This document shows positions 24,510-32,000 of a DNA stretch of 32,000 nucleotides, in pieces. Origin of the DNA: an uncultured Bacteriovoracaceae bacterium. GTDB lineage: Bacteria; Bdellovibrionota; Bacteriovoracia; Bacteriovoracales; Bacteriovoracaceae. The notes below the pieces were generated by a model that ran no database searches, had not been told where the DNA came from, and saw only the letters and a list, made by a program, of their open reading frames with translations. Position numbers and translations under genes: made by a program. Positions within the stretch are counted from its first letter, which is position 1; each line of letters starts with the position of its first letter. Location: NCBI GenBank assembly GCA_964012805.1, contig CAXGUD010000001.1, forward strand, positions 822-32,821, in the 5' to 3' direction.

Positions 24510-25928
24510 TTGAGAATATTATTTTATTTTTTTCTCTTAATTTTCATTTTGATTCCAAAAACATATGCCATTCAGTCTCATTATGTTTGGGTCAAACATC
24601 CCTCCAAACTTAAGGGTGATTGCTATGAGGTAGACACAGAAACAGGTGGAAAAAAATACTCTAATAAGGTCAATAAAAAAATCTGTAGACCGGCCAACAC
24701 CATTCATTTTTGGATTGGAGAAAAAGAGAAACTGAGAGGTCATTGTTATGAGTCCGACCCAGAAACAAGAGGAGAAAAATATATTAGTAAGGTACAAGCT
24801 CTTAAATGTCTTCCTAAAAGAACTGAAAAGGTATGGCTCGAAACAGAAATAAAAAGGGGCTGCTACCTCGTTGATTCCTTAACTAAAGGTGAACACTTTT
24901 TAATGAAAGTTGGAGTAGATGAATGTCAAAAGAAGCAATCTACTTACTTTCACTTTCAAGCCTTACCAAAGAAAATGAGTGGTATCTGCTTAGAGCTTGA
25001 TAGCAAAACAAACGGAAAGTTTTTTAAAAATAAAGTAAAAACTGAAAATTGCAGACCACCAAATACTAAGATCCTTTGGATTAAGAAAAAGTTAAGGCCA
25101 AATGAAGGACAATGTTACGAAGTAGATCGGGATAAGGGAGCTAATGGTTTTATCTTAAAACTACCAAGAAAATATTGTTTTAAAATGAAGAGCCATTTCG
25201 CATGGGTTTACAAAAAAGAATTTGTTGGAAACTGCTATGAATTTTCTAAAGGACCTTCAAACGAAGATATCAGTCAAAAAGTTGGAAAAGAAAAATGCAA
25301 ACCAGACCAAACTATTTTTTTGTGGGCCGGTGAGGGTTACTTGAAAGGGAAATGTTATGAAGTAGATTCGAATTTAAAAGCAAAAGGATATTCAAAAAGC
25401 GTCAATAAAAAAAAGTGCAGACCTTCTTCTTTTTTAACAAAGTGGATAAAGAAAAGGCCTAAAGAAAAGGGTTCTTGCTACGAATTGGATAATGAAACGA
25501 AAGGCTTTCAATATTCAAGAAAAGTTAATAAAAAAGAGTGCTCATCAGATACGATCTCAACTGTATGGAAACCCAATCGCGATGGCTGGGGAGGTAATTG
25601 TTCTGACTTGGTAAAGATGGAAAATGGCCAAATGATGAAGATATCAACAAAAACGGAAAAGTGTCGCCCTTTGAGGATAAAATATATTTGGAAACCAAAA
25701 AGTAGATTTGAGGGTAAGTGCTATGAAGTTGACTTTGATAAGGGGAATTTTGCCTATTCTAAGACTGTCAAAAAGGAATCGTGCAAGCCAGGTTTTAATG
25801 ATCTAAGAAACGTTTTCGTTCCAAATAGAAAAGGAAGAGGCGGAAACTGTATTCAGATTGATAAACAAACTAACGGTTATCGATATTCAAAAAAAATAAA
25901 TATTGAATTTTGTCGTTTAACTAATTAA
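24510..25928 (+). CDS. secreted protein built of 11 tandem ~41-aa two-cysteine repeats (unclassified family)
   Basis: TTG start and signal peptide MRILFYFFLLIFILIPKTYA. Repeat pattern W-x(6-9)-G-x-C-Y-E-V-D-x(3)-G-x(2)-Y-S-x-K-V-x-K-x(2)-C-[RK]-P, with 22 Cys in total. Confidence 0.75.
   Translation: MRILFYFFLLIFILIPKTYAIQSHYVWVKHPSKLKGDCYEVDTETGGKKYSNKVNKKICRPANTIHFWIGEKEKLRGHCYESDPETRGEKYISKVQALKCLPKRTEKVWLETEIKRGCYLVDSLTKGEHFLMKVGVDECQKKQSTYFHFQALPKKMSGICLELDSKTNGKFFKNKVKTENCRPPNTKILWIKKKLRPNEGQCYEVDRDKGANGFILKLPRKYCFKMKSHFAWVYKKEFVGNCYEFSKGPSNEDISQKVGKEKCKPDQTIFLWAGEGYLKGKCYEVDSNLKAKGYSKSVNKKKCRPSSFLTKWIKKRPKEKGSCYELDNETKGFQYSRKVNKKECSSDTISTVWKPNRDGWGGNCSDLVKMENGQMMKISTKTEKCRPLRIKYIWKPKSRFEGKCYEVDFDKGNFAYSKTVKKESCKPGFNDLRNVFVPNRKGRGGNCIQIDKQTNGYRYSKKINIEFCRLTN
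24576..25925 (+). repeat. array of 11 diverged ~123-bp coding repeats
   Basis: Periodicity read from the translation (units begin SHYVW, IHFW, KVW, YFHF, KILW, HFAW, IFLW, LTKW, TVW, KYIW, VFVP). The units have diverged at DNA level and are not identical copies. Confidence 0.7.
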
Positions 25929-26106
25929 AGGTGGTTACCTTTAATAACTAAAAACTCTCTTTAAAAAGACAAACCCTTTTTCTTTGTTTTTTACTACTAA
26001 ACATTTTTATTCCCAAATTCTTTTATTATTTTCTTAGTTGATTAAAATAAGACTTAGGTCTTTAATTATATAATTTAATATCTTTTCCAGACTAAAAAGG
26101 TTCAAA

Positions 26107-28200
26107 ATGATAACAAATATAATAAGAACAACTTTTATCAATGCTACGTTAATTATCTTTTGCAACATCATAGTAAATAGCTCTAAAGCAAATGATAAAT
26201 TATTTTTCGAATGGGATTATGAGAACCATCCTCAAAATATGGTAGACCGCTATACCACTGTTTTTGAAGAGTTACCTCTTGAAGGTGAAATTCAAAATCA
26301 ACCCTGGAGTGGAGATTATTGGCCTACTCAAAAAGGAGGGATCTCTTACCGTTGGTATGTCCGTAAAGCAATCCCACACGATAGCATTGAGAGGTTTGGT
26401 TATAAATTTCTAGACATGAAAAAATATCAAAAAGACTTAAAAAATAAAAAGCACCTTATAAACAGAAAAACAAAGCTGGAATTTATTAGAGATCACGGAC
26501 CAAGAGAAGGTATTAAAAAATATGAAGATTATATAAAAACAGCACCAGAAATTGTGATTGATCCCGCAGAGCTTTCTCCTGCTGAAAAGTATGATCTTTT
26601 AATGGGAGATAAAAACTGGTCTCTTACAAGAAGAGAAAGAAAACGATCAGATATTTACGACTTAATTAAAGCCCTCAAAAAAGACCCTAAAGCCAATAGA
26701 GAGAGCTTTATTCCTAGTTGGTGGGGTCTATGCCACGCATGGGCTCCGGCCACAATTCTTTATGAAAACCCAAACCCAATAGGATATTCCAATCCATTTT
26801 CAAGAGAGCCTGCCCCCATAAAGTTAAAGAATCCTTCTGGAATTGAAGTTCCCTTTGGAAGTGCCGATATCAAAGCACTTCTTACAGTCCATCTAGACAT
26901 CGCTGAGAGCACCTCGGGTTCGACAATCTTTTTAGGAAGCCGCTGTAACCTGGAATTAGAGCAGCACTTCCAATCATTCAGCCGAGGAGAAATTAGTGAA
27001 ATAGAACTCCGTGGGCTCCTTGAAAGAGAAGGCTGTAATGACACAAATGCCGGTAGTTTTCATATTACCCTAACAAACCTCATAGGCCACTATAAGACTG
27101 GTTTTATTATGGATCATGATAGAGGAAGCGAAGTCTGGAATCAAGGAATAGTATCATATAAGATTTTAGAAAATATTGATAAGCCTGTTCCAGAAAAGTT
27201 TAAGAAAAATGTTTCAAGAATTGTGTCCGTAAAAAACGAGGTCACATGGATATCAGAAATTAATCAGAGCTGGAAAAAAGTTAATCTTGCTGGAAGAAAT
27301 GGTTTTCAAAAAAGCGTTTATAATTATGAGCTTTACCTCAATCCACAAAATGAAATTATTGGAGGGACCTGGCTAGATCAAACCAACTTATCAAATAAAA
27401 ATTGGAAAGATAGACCTGATTTCCTTTGGATGAGACCAAAAATAAGTTTTTCGAAAAGTATACCTGGGCTCAGTAAAATTTATTCTAAATCAATAGGAAA
27501 AAAAGAGAAGTTAAAACCTAAAAAAGCCTGGAAGAAGGCCTTCAAAAAAATAAAATTATCTAACAAGTTTATCAGAAATACAAAAGAGTTTACCAAGAAG
27601 AAAAAAGAAGAAAAAAAGAAATACCTTCAATCATTAAGGAAAAAGTCAATAGATGCTTTTAAAAGAAGAGTCGATTTAAACAAAAAATTAAAAAAGGATT
27701 TAAAAAAGAAATTTGGTAATATTCTTTCAAAGGTAAGAAGAAGTATTTTAAAGAGAGAAAGGTCTATTATAAAACGAAGAAGTCACTTAGAAGAAAAAGA
27801 TGGAAAGGTTCTATGCCACGTCCTTTATCACACTAGTGAAGAGGATAATTATCAGGATTTCAAAGCCGAAGGGGAAGATATTCAAAGTTCCTGCAAAGCC
27901 GCCTTACAAAAGTGCGAAAATTATAAGTTTTCAAATAAAATTAAAAACGCCAAGGAGTATTGTTTAAAAGGAAAAAGTAAAGACTACCTCTATACATGTA
28001 CATACACACTCTTTGCAAACCCAGACCCAATAAACTGGCTCATTAAAAAGACCAGAACTGGCAGAAAGATGGGTACTTTTAAACACAAGGCACTTATTGA
28101 AGATGTCGCCTGTTTAAGACCAAAAAAGAACTGCGAAAAAAGAAGATTTTGGAAAAGAACCTGTAAAAAAGAGGTCAAGCGCCCTCTTATCAGGCTTTAA
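26107..28200 (+). CDS. GP42-like transglutaminase ('TGase elicitor' family) homologue with Lys-rich and Cys-rich C-terminal extension
   Basis: Signal-like N-terminus. PWSGDYWPTQKGGISYRW and SWWGLCHAWAPA (candidate catalytic Cys209). EVWNQGIVSYKILE resembles the Pep-13 peptide VWNQPVRGFKVYE of Phytophthora GP42. The C-terminus has a poly-Lys region and 11 Cys in the last ~135 aa. Confidence 0.6.
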   Translation: MITNIIRTTFINATLIIFCNIIVNSSKANDKLFFEWDYENHPQNMVDRYTTVFEELPLEGEIQNQPWSGDYWPTQKGGISYRWYVRKAIPHDSIERFGYKFLDMKKYQKDLKNKKHLINRKTKLEFIRDHGPREGIKKYEDYIKTAPEIVIDPAELSPAEKYDLLMGDKNWSLTRRERKRSDIYDLIKALKKDPKANRESFIPSWWGLCHAWAPATILYENPNPIGYSNPFSREPAPIKLKNPSGIEVPFGSADIKALLTVHLDIAESTSGSTIFLGSRCNLELEQHFQSFSRGEISEIELRGLLEREGCNDTNAGSFHITLTNLIGHYKTGFIMDHDRGSEVWNQGIVSYKILENIDKPVPEKFKKNVSRIVSVKNEVTWISEINQSWKKVNLAGRNGFQKSVYNYELYLNPQNEIIGGTWLDQTNLSNKNWKDRPDFLWMRPKISFSKSIPGLSKIYSKSIGKKEKLKPKKAWKKAFKKIKLSNKFIRNTKEFTKKKKEEKKKYLQSLRKKSIDAFKRRVDLNKKLKKDLKKKFGNILSKVRRSILKRERSIIKRRSHLEEKDGKVLCHVLYHTSEEDNYQDFKAEGEDIQSSCKAALQKCENYKFSNKIKNAKEYCLKGKSKDYLYTCTYTLFANPDPINWLIKKTRTGRKMGTFKHKALIEDVACLRPKKNCEKRRFWKRTCKKEVKRPLIRL

Positions 28201-28547
28201 GAGACCGGATTCCATTATTTCGTGCCAAAAAATAAATATTTCAATGATTTTTATTGCCTTTTAAGCTTCTAAAGGTCCCTTTAAGGGGTTAATTATACTA
28301 ATCAGCAGGTTTTAGCAAAGAGTTAAATATACTTTATTGAGTTATTTAATGGAGCTGCCTAACAGGCCATTTGTATTTAATCGAGGACAACTTTCTTTTT
28401 TGTAAGCTTTTTTCAAACTGCACCAATAATGCACTTTCTTTTCAATTTCTGCACCTTCTTTTTCCCAATTTTTTTTTTATATAACAATTTAGAATTATCT
28501 CATAGGGTGAGTAATACGTTTAGAGCCCTTGAAGGAGGTACTTTAAA

Positions 28548-28751
28548 ATGCAATATAAACTTGAAACTATTTTGAAAAAATACAACATTGATGACATCAC
28601 ACATGGTATTGCCTACAATATTTCTGATCTTTCTCAGATCAAATATTGGGATAAGTCAGGAAAAGAGATTGTTGTCTCTTTTAATACCAGTGAACTATCT
28701 CCAGGTATTTTTTGTTTTAGAATTGCTGAGGGATCAATAACGATTCTTTAA
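28548..28751 (+). CDS. small hypothetical protein (67 aa)
   Basis: ATG preceded by GAAGGAGG at a good spacing. No overlapping longer ORF. No domain recognised. Confidence 0.55.
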   Translation: MQYKLETILKKYNIDDITHGIAYNISDLSQIKYWDKSGKEIVVSFNTSELSPGIFCFRIAEGSITIL

Positions 28752-28763
28752 TGTTGAGAGGTT

Positions 28764-28949
28764 TTGATGAAAGGCGAAAATAAGTGCGAGCCTAAAAAAG
28801 TCGTTATTTATTATGAGATTGAAGGCGAGGAAGGCTCAACTAAAAAAATGACTTGTAATATTGTTGGTGAGTTAGATATGGATTTTATTATGTTCGCCTT
28901 ACGAAAGTGGAGCAACAAGTCCGTCTATAAAAGTCATGAATTCCTATAG
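28764..28949 (+). CDS. small hypothetical protein (61 aa)
   Basis: ATG lies 12 nt after the previous stop with a GAGAGG upstream. Same orientation as its neighbours. No domain recognised. Confidence 0.45.
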   Translation: MMKGENKCEPKKVVIYYEIEGEEGSTKKMTCNIVGELDMDFIMFALRKWSNKSVYKSHEFL

Positions 28950-29027
28950 GCCTCTTAAATAAATTATATTCGAAGATAAAAAATTAAATGCCGAGCCTTT
29001 CCTACCGTTAAGGAATGGGGGTAACGT

Positions 29028-30848
29028 TTGGCGGTAGATAGAAGTAATCAAAAAAAAATTTCCTTTGAAGAACTCATAAGCAATCACGGAATGGCTTCAA
29101 TTCTTGCTGTTGATGACAATCAAAAAAATATACAAGTTATTGGTCAACTTCTAAAACATGCCACTTGGTGTTCACTATCTGTTTGTTTAGAAAGTCAAAA
29201 AGCTATAAAGTTGGCTGCAAAAATCCGTCCTGACATTATTCTTTTAGACCTTCATATGCCTAAACTTAATGGTATTGATGTCTTGAAAAAATTAAATGAG
29301 ATGGAAATATTGGAAACAAGTACAGTTATATTTTTAACGGCTGACAGAGAAATTGAAAACCGTCTGGAAGGTCTATCACTTGGCTGCGCAGACTATATTC
29401 AAAAGCCATTTAATTCCGATGAATTTATTATTAAATTGAAGTACCACATAAAGATGAGGTATTATGAAAAAGAAATACTTAATACACTAAAGAACACGAA
29501 TAACCTACTGGATAATATTAATCAAGCCATTTTTTCTATTAATAAAAATGGTGAAATAATTAATCCTATCTCTAATCATTCAAAAGAAATTTTTGGTTCG
29601 AACATTGAACCTGGCATTCATATAAATTCATTCCTCCAAGGTAAATTTCAATTTTCAGAAGAGGAAATTAGATCTTTTTTAGAGCAACTTTTAAGTTCCT
29701 TTAAACAATCAAAAATAAATTGGACCGAGATAGAAAGAAGCTTTCCCAAAAAATTTTTATTAACTAGAAGTAGAGAAAAAATAAAAATACTTAAAATAAA
29801 CTACTCATCTGTTTGGAATGGTGAACAGCTTGAAAACATTATCTTTTATTTTAACGACATAACAGACAAAGAAAAGGTAGAAGATGAATCGACTAAATAT
29901 AGCCTTAGTCAAATTTCATCCCTAAGCAGCATTAACTTAGAAACCCTAAGAAGCTGGACAAAGAGGTTTCATATTAAAGGCGATTTTTCTCATGAAGAAA
30001 GTAAATTTCGCTTTTCAGGGAAAGAACTCAAAAAATTTCAGCTTTATAAGGAACTAATAGAAAAAGGGGAAAATATTGGTGCATTAGTTAAATTGAGTTA
30101 TAAGGAACTTATAAAAAGAAAAAATTTTTTGACTGAAGAAAAATCCAGACCAATAAAAATGAATGAAAGCTCAATTAAAAGTTATGATCTAGTTAACACC
30201 CTTCACTTTTTTATGACACAAAAAAAATTTGATATTTTCCAAAGAGACTTTAATAAGCTTCCCACTATTTACAATCAAAGAGAGTTAGTTTTTGATATCA
30301 TTCTTCCTTTTCTAAAATTAAGGAATAAGGATAGGTTTTGGAATAATTTTTCAGATGCAAAAAAAGACTTTTTAAATTTCTACCTTATAAAAAAAATAAT
30401 AGAGTTTGCTGTACCTAAAAAAAGTATTCCCATAAATGAGGTTAAAAAAATATTTTTACTGGACTTTTTTCCCTCAAACACATCTTTAACTTGTCCCATT
30501 CTTTTACTTTTAGCTTCTTACCATAATTTTGAAACTTATTATATAAAAGAAAATATACTTAACCCTTCTTTTTTAAAAATATTGAAAGAAGAAAAAGATT
30601 CAATAATTTTTCTTAATTTAGATAAGAAAGGATCTTTTGATGAAACAGAGTTCAATGCAATAAACAAAGACATCCTTAACTCGTCTGCGTTAAAAAAGGC
30701 AGAAGTAATTCTCTTCAATAACCACCCCACAATCAAAATTGATAATGAAAAGAACCTTCACCTTAATGTTATTAATTCCTTTGAAGACGTTGACCAATTT
30801 TTTATAGACCTATCAAATGAAAAAGCGAAAATCAAAAGTGCAGCTTAG
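29028..30848 (+). CDS. response regulator with REC, PAS-like, MerR-type HTH and an unknown C-terminal domain
   Basis: REC: ILAVDDNQ...PDIILLDLHMPKLNG...FLTA...QKPF. The PAS-like segment is paralogous to that of the kinase at 17873..20467. MerR-like HTH: YSLSQISSLSSINLETLRSWTKRFHI...FRFSGKELKKFQLYKELIEKGENIG. TTG start after GGGGGT. Confidence 0.7.
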   Translation: MAVDRSNQKKISFEELISNHGMASILAVDDNQKNIQVIGQLLKHATWCSLSVCLESQKAIKLAAKIRPDIILLDLHMPKLNGIDVLKKLNEMEILETSTVIFLTADREIENRLEGLSLGCADYIQKPFNSDEFIIKLKYHIKMRYYEKEILNTLKNTNNLLDNINQAIFSINKNGEIINPISNHSKEIFGSNIEPGIHINSFLQGKFQFSEEEIRSFLEQLLSSFKQSKINWTEIERSFPKKFLLTRSREKIKILKINYSSVWNGEQLENIIFYFNDITDKEKVEDESTKYSLSQISSLSSINLETLRSWTKRFHIKGDFSHEESKFRFSGKELKKFQLYKELIEKGENIGALVKLSYKELIKRKNFLTEEKSRPIKMNESSIKSYDLVNTLHFFMTQKKFDIFQRDFNKLPTIYNQRELVFDIILPFLKLRNKDRFWNNFSDAKKDFLNFYLIKKIIEFAVPKKSIPINEVKKIFLLDFFPSNTSLTCPILLLLASYHNFETYYIKENILNPSFLKILKEEKDSIIFLNLDKKGSFDETEFNAINKDILNSSALKKAEVILFNNHPTIKIDNEKNLHLNVINSFEDVDQFFIDLSNEKAKIKSAA

Positions 30849-30927
30849 TCTTTTAAACAATGATAAAAATAGAAATACAACTAAAGAGAGAAATCTCATT
30901 ATATAAAAAGTACAAAAGAATCCTTAA

Positions 30928-31563
30928 TCACCTTAAAAAACCTAATCTTTTCAAAAGATTAAAAGTTAAGTGAGCAGTGATCCCCCAAATTCTATTATCT
31001 TCGTAAAAAAACTCATATAAGGGGTATGAAATACCTTGAAATGTTCTTTCTGTTTTTAAAAAACGATCTTCATTTACAAGTTCTGATATAGGGGCCCTAA
31101 AAACTTTGTGAACTTCTCTTGGGTCTATTTTTACATTGTTCAAGTCGAAGGGACTTCTAAAGTAAGCAATTACTGGCGTTATAAAAAACCTGGAAATAAG
31201 AGAAGGGTAAAGGGGCAAGCTTCCAACAATTGTGAAGTTATTTCTTTCAATTCCCACCTCTTCATAGGTTTCTCTAAGGGCACAATCAAATGCCGACTCT
31301 CCTTCAGATTGTTTACCGCCTGGAAAGCTAATCTGTCCTTTATGAGATGGCATCTCATCAGTTCTTAATGTATAAAGGATTTCAATATTTTCAATTTTTT
31401 CTACGACCTCAGGACAACTTAAACAAATGAGGACCGAAGCTGGCCTATGAGGGTTATTTTCAATATATGAGTCAACCGAATCCTGGGCCTTACCTTTTTC
31501 AAAATAAGGTACTTCCTGATCTAAACCATTCTTAATAGCTTTTTCTAAAGTTGATCTATCCAA
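30928..31563 (-). CDS. Nudix hydrolase, CoA pyrophosphatase subfamily
   Basis: Nudix box GGKQSEGESAFDCALRETYEEVGI, preceded by LYTLRTDEMPSHKGQISFPGG (NuCoA-type motif). TTG start 7 nt after AAAGGAAA. Confidence 0.75.
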   Translation of the reverse strand: MDRSTLEKAIKNGLDQEVPYFEKGKAQDSVDSYIENNPHRPASVLICLSCPEVVEKIENIEILYTLRTDEMPSHKGQISFPGGKQSEGESAFDCALRETYEEVGIERNNFTIVGSLPLYPSLISRFFITPVIAYFRSPFDLNNVKIDPREVHKVFRAPISELVNEDRFLKTERTFQGISYPLYEFFYEDNRIWGITAHLTFNLLKRLGFLR

Positions 31564-31576
31564 AAAATATTTCCTT

Positions 31577-31603
31577 TATTGTCTGTATTGTCTGTATTGT
31601 CTT
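31577..31603. repeat. three tandem 9-bp units TATTGTCTG/TATTGTCTG/TATTGTCTT
   Basis: Read directly from the sequence. The units lie 14-40 nt upstream of the Nudix gene start, on the opposite strand. Confidence 0.6.
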
Positions 31604-31886
31604 GTCATTGCGGAAAAGCCCTACAGCTAATAAGGGTAAGACTGATTTATGGAATCTTTTTTAAATCCTTATCTAAAAAGCTTCGGTTAGTTTAACTTTA
31701 AAACTACCCCACCTTGTTTGAACTTACAACTCTCAAAGAAGCGCTAATTCCTTCATAGATTGTGCTTATCCATTAATTTATTTATTAATTATTAGACAGA
31801 TTCAATTTTTTTTTGGTTTAAGGAGGTTCAAATACTTTTTAACACTCAAACAAAGTTTTTATCTAAAACGGTATCGCTTTTTTTCA

Positions 31887-32000
31887 CTAATTTCTTTCTT
31901 CTTTCTTATAGGCGACGATTGTAAGGCCTGTCTTTTTTTCAAACTCTCTAATTAAGTCCAGATTATCTTCAGATAGTTGAGCTAGATCGTATTTCTTTTC
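31887..32000 (-). CDS. 3' end of a gene truncated by the window edge (hypothetical)
   Basis: Open minus-strand frame from the window edge: ...EKKYDLAQLSEDNLDLIREFEKKTGLTIVAYKKEERN, with a TAG stop at 31887-31889. Only 37 codons are visible. Confidence 0.3.
   Translation of the reverse strand, partial: EKKYDLAQLSEDNLDLIREFEKKTGLTIVAYKKEERN

Noticed and set aside
17363-24797. Short ORFs 17363..17701, 18237..18458, 18455..18655, 21046..21243, 22176..22373, 22234..22434, 22587..22769, 23404..23592, 23862..24050, 24008..24262 and 24537..24797.
   Set aside because: They are antisense to or overlap well-supported genes, or (21046..21243, 22176..22434) span intergenic or gene-end regions with no RBS. 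No motifs were recognised.
25927-25942. Hairpin AAAGGU-GGUU-ACCUUU overlapping the stop of the repeat-protein gene, considered as a terminator.
   Set aside because: The stem is only 6 bp and mostly A:U, and it is followed by AAUAAC rather than a U-tract.
27470-27800. A-rich low-complexity DNA considered as a tandem repeat or slippage tract.
   Set aside because: It is in frame and encodes the Lys-rich segment of 26107..28200. I could trace no regular nucleotide period.
28418-28434. Sigma-54-like promoter CTGCAC-CAATA-ATGCA upstream of the small-ORF pair.
   Set aside because: The -24 element reads TGCAC instead of TGGCAC, so the invariant GG is missing. No enhancer-binding-protein gene is present in the window.
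26760-31368. Short antisense ORFs 26760..27044, 27990..28178, 30539..30736 and 31108..31368.
   Set aside because: They lie inside the TGase-like, regulator and Nudix genes on the opposite strand, so they are shadow ORFs.
1-32000. Window-wide scan by eye for tRNA/rRNA, CRISPR repeats, IS elements, integrases and prophage genes.
   Set aside because: I found no repeat-spacer periodicity, no tRNA-like GTTCGAATC-type T-arm outside coding sequence, and no transposase or integrase-like ORFs. An Infernal, tRNAscan or ISfinder run would be needed to exclude small elements.

Overview
AT-rich, gene-dense chromosomal DNA from a Gram-negative bacterium. Many products are Lys/Asn/Ile-rich and carry signal peptides or end like outer-membrane barrels. 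This would fit a marine predatory Bdellovibrio/Bacteriovorax-like organism, but that is a low-confidence guess I cannot verify. I saw no rRNA, tRNA, CRISPR array, transposase or integrase.

Layout:
- 282-3705: secreted and envelope proteins, including a DUF4105/Lnb_N-like protein.
- 4046-10714 (minus strand): visibly more G+C-rich operon. It encodes a carbohydrate/glycerol-type ABC importer (two ATPases, two permeases, a 605-aa binding protein, a DUF2160 membrane protein) plus a YugP-like Zn peptidase.
- 10898-11263: CheY-like receiver.
- 11544-17855 (plus strand): six co-directional genes. They encode an OM barrel, a TPR protein, a membrane-anchored FliG-like protein, MotA-like, MotB-like and a second OM barrel.
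- 17873-20467: 7TMR-DISM/PAS/Hpt/CheA-type kinase.
- 20627-23229: secreted protein, lipoprotein and a membrane-anchored E2/CAT-fold acyltransferase-like protein.
- 23389-24402: allantoicase.
- 24510-28200: a secreted protein made of 11 tandem two-cysteine repeats, then a homologue of the oomycete GP42 'transglutaminase elicitor' family with a Pep-13-like motif.
- 28548-30848: two small ORFs and a REC-PAS-MerR-HTH regulator.
- 30928-31563: Nudix CoA pyrophosphatase.

Best candidate for an undescribed system: the MotAB stator pair co-encoded with a FliF/FliG-like single-polypeptide 'rotor', OM barrels and a TPR protein, with no other flagellar genes in the window.

Other notable points: complementary degeneracy of the two ABC ATPases, the novel Cys-pair repeat protein, the GP42-like transglutaminase and the unusual REC-PAS-MerR regulator.

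All domain calls come from motif recognition by eye. None was verified by a search.
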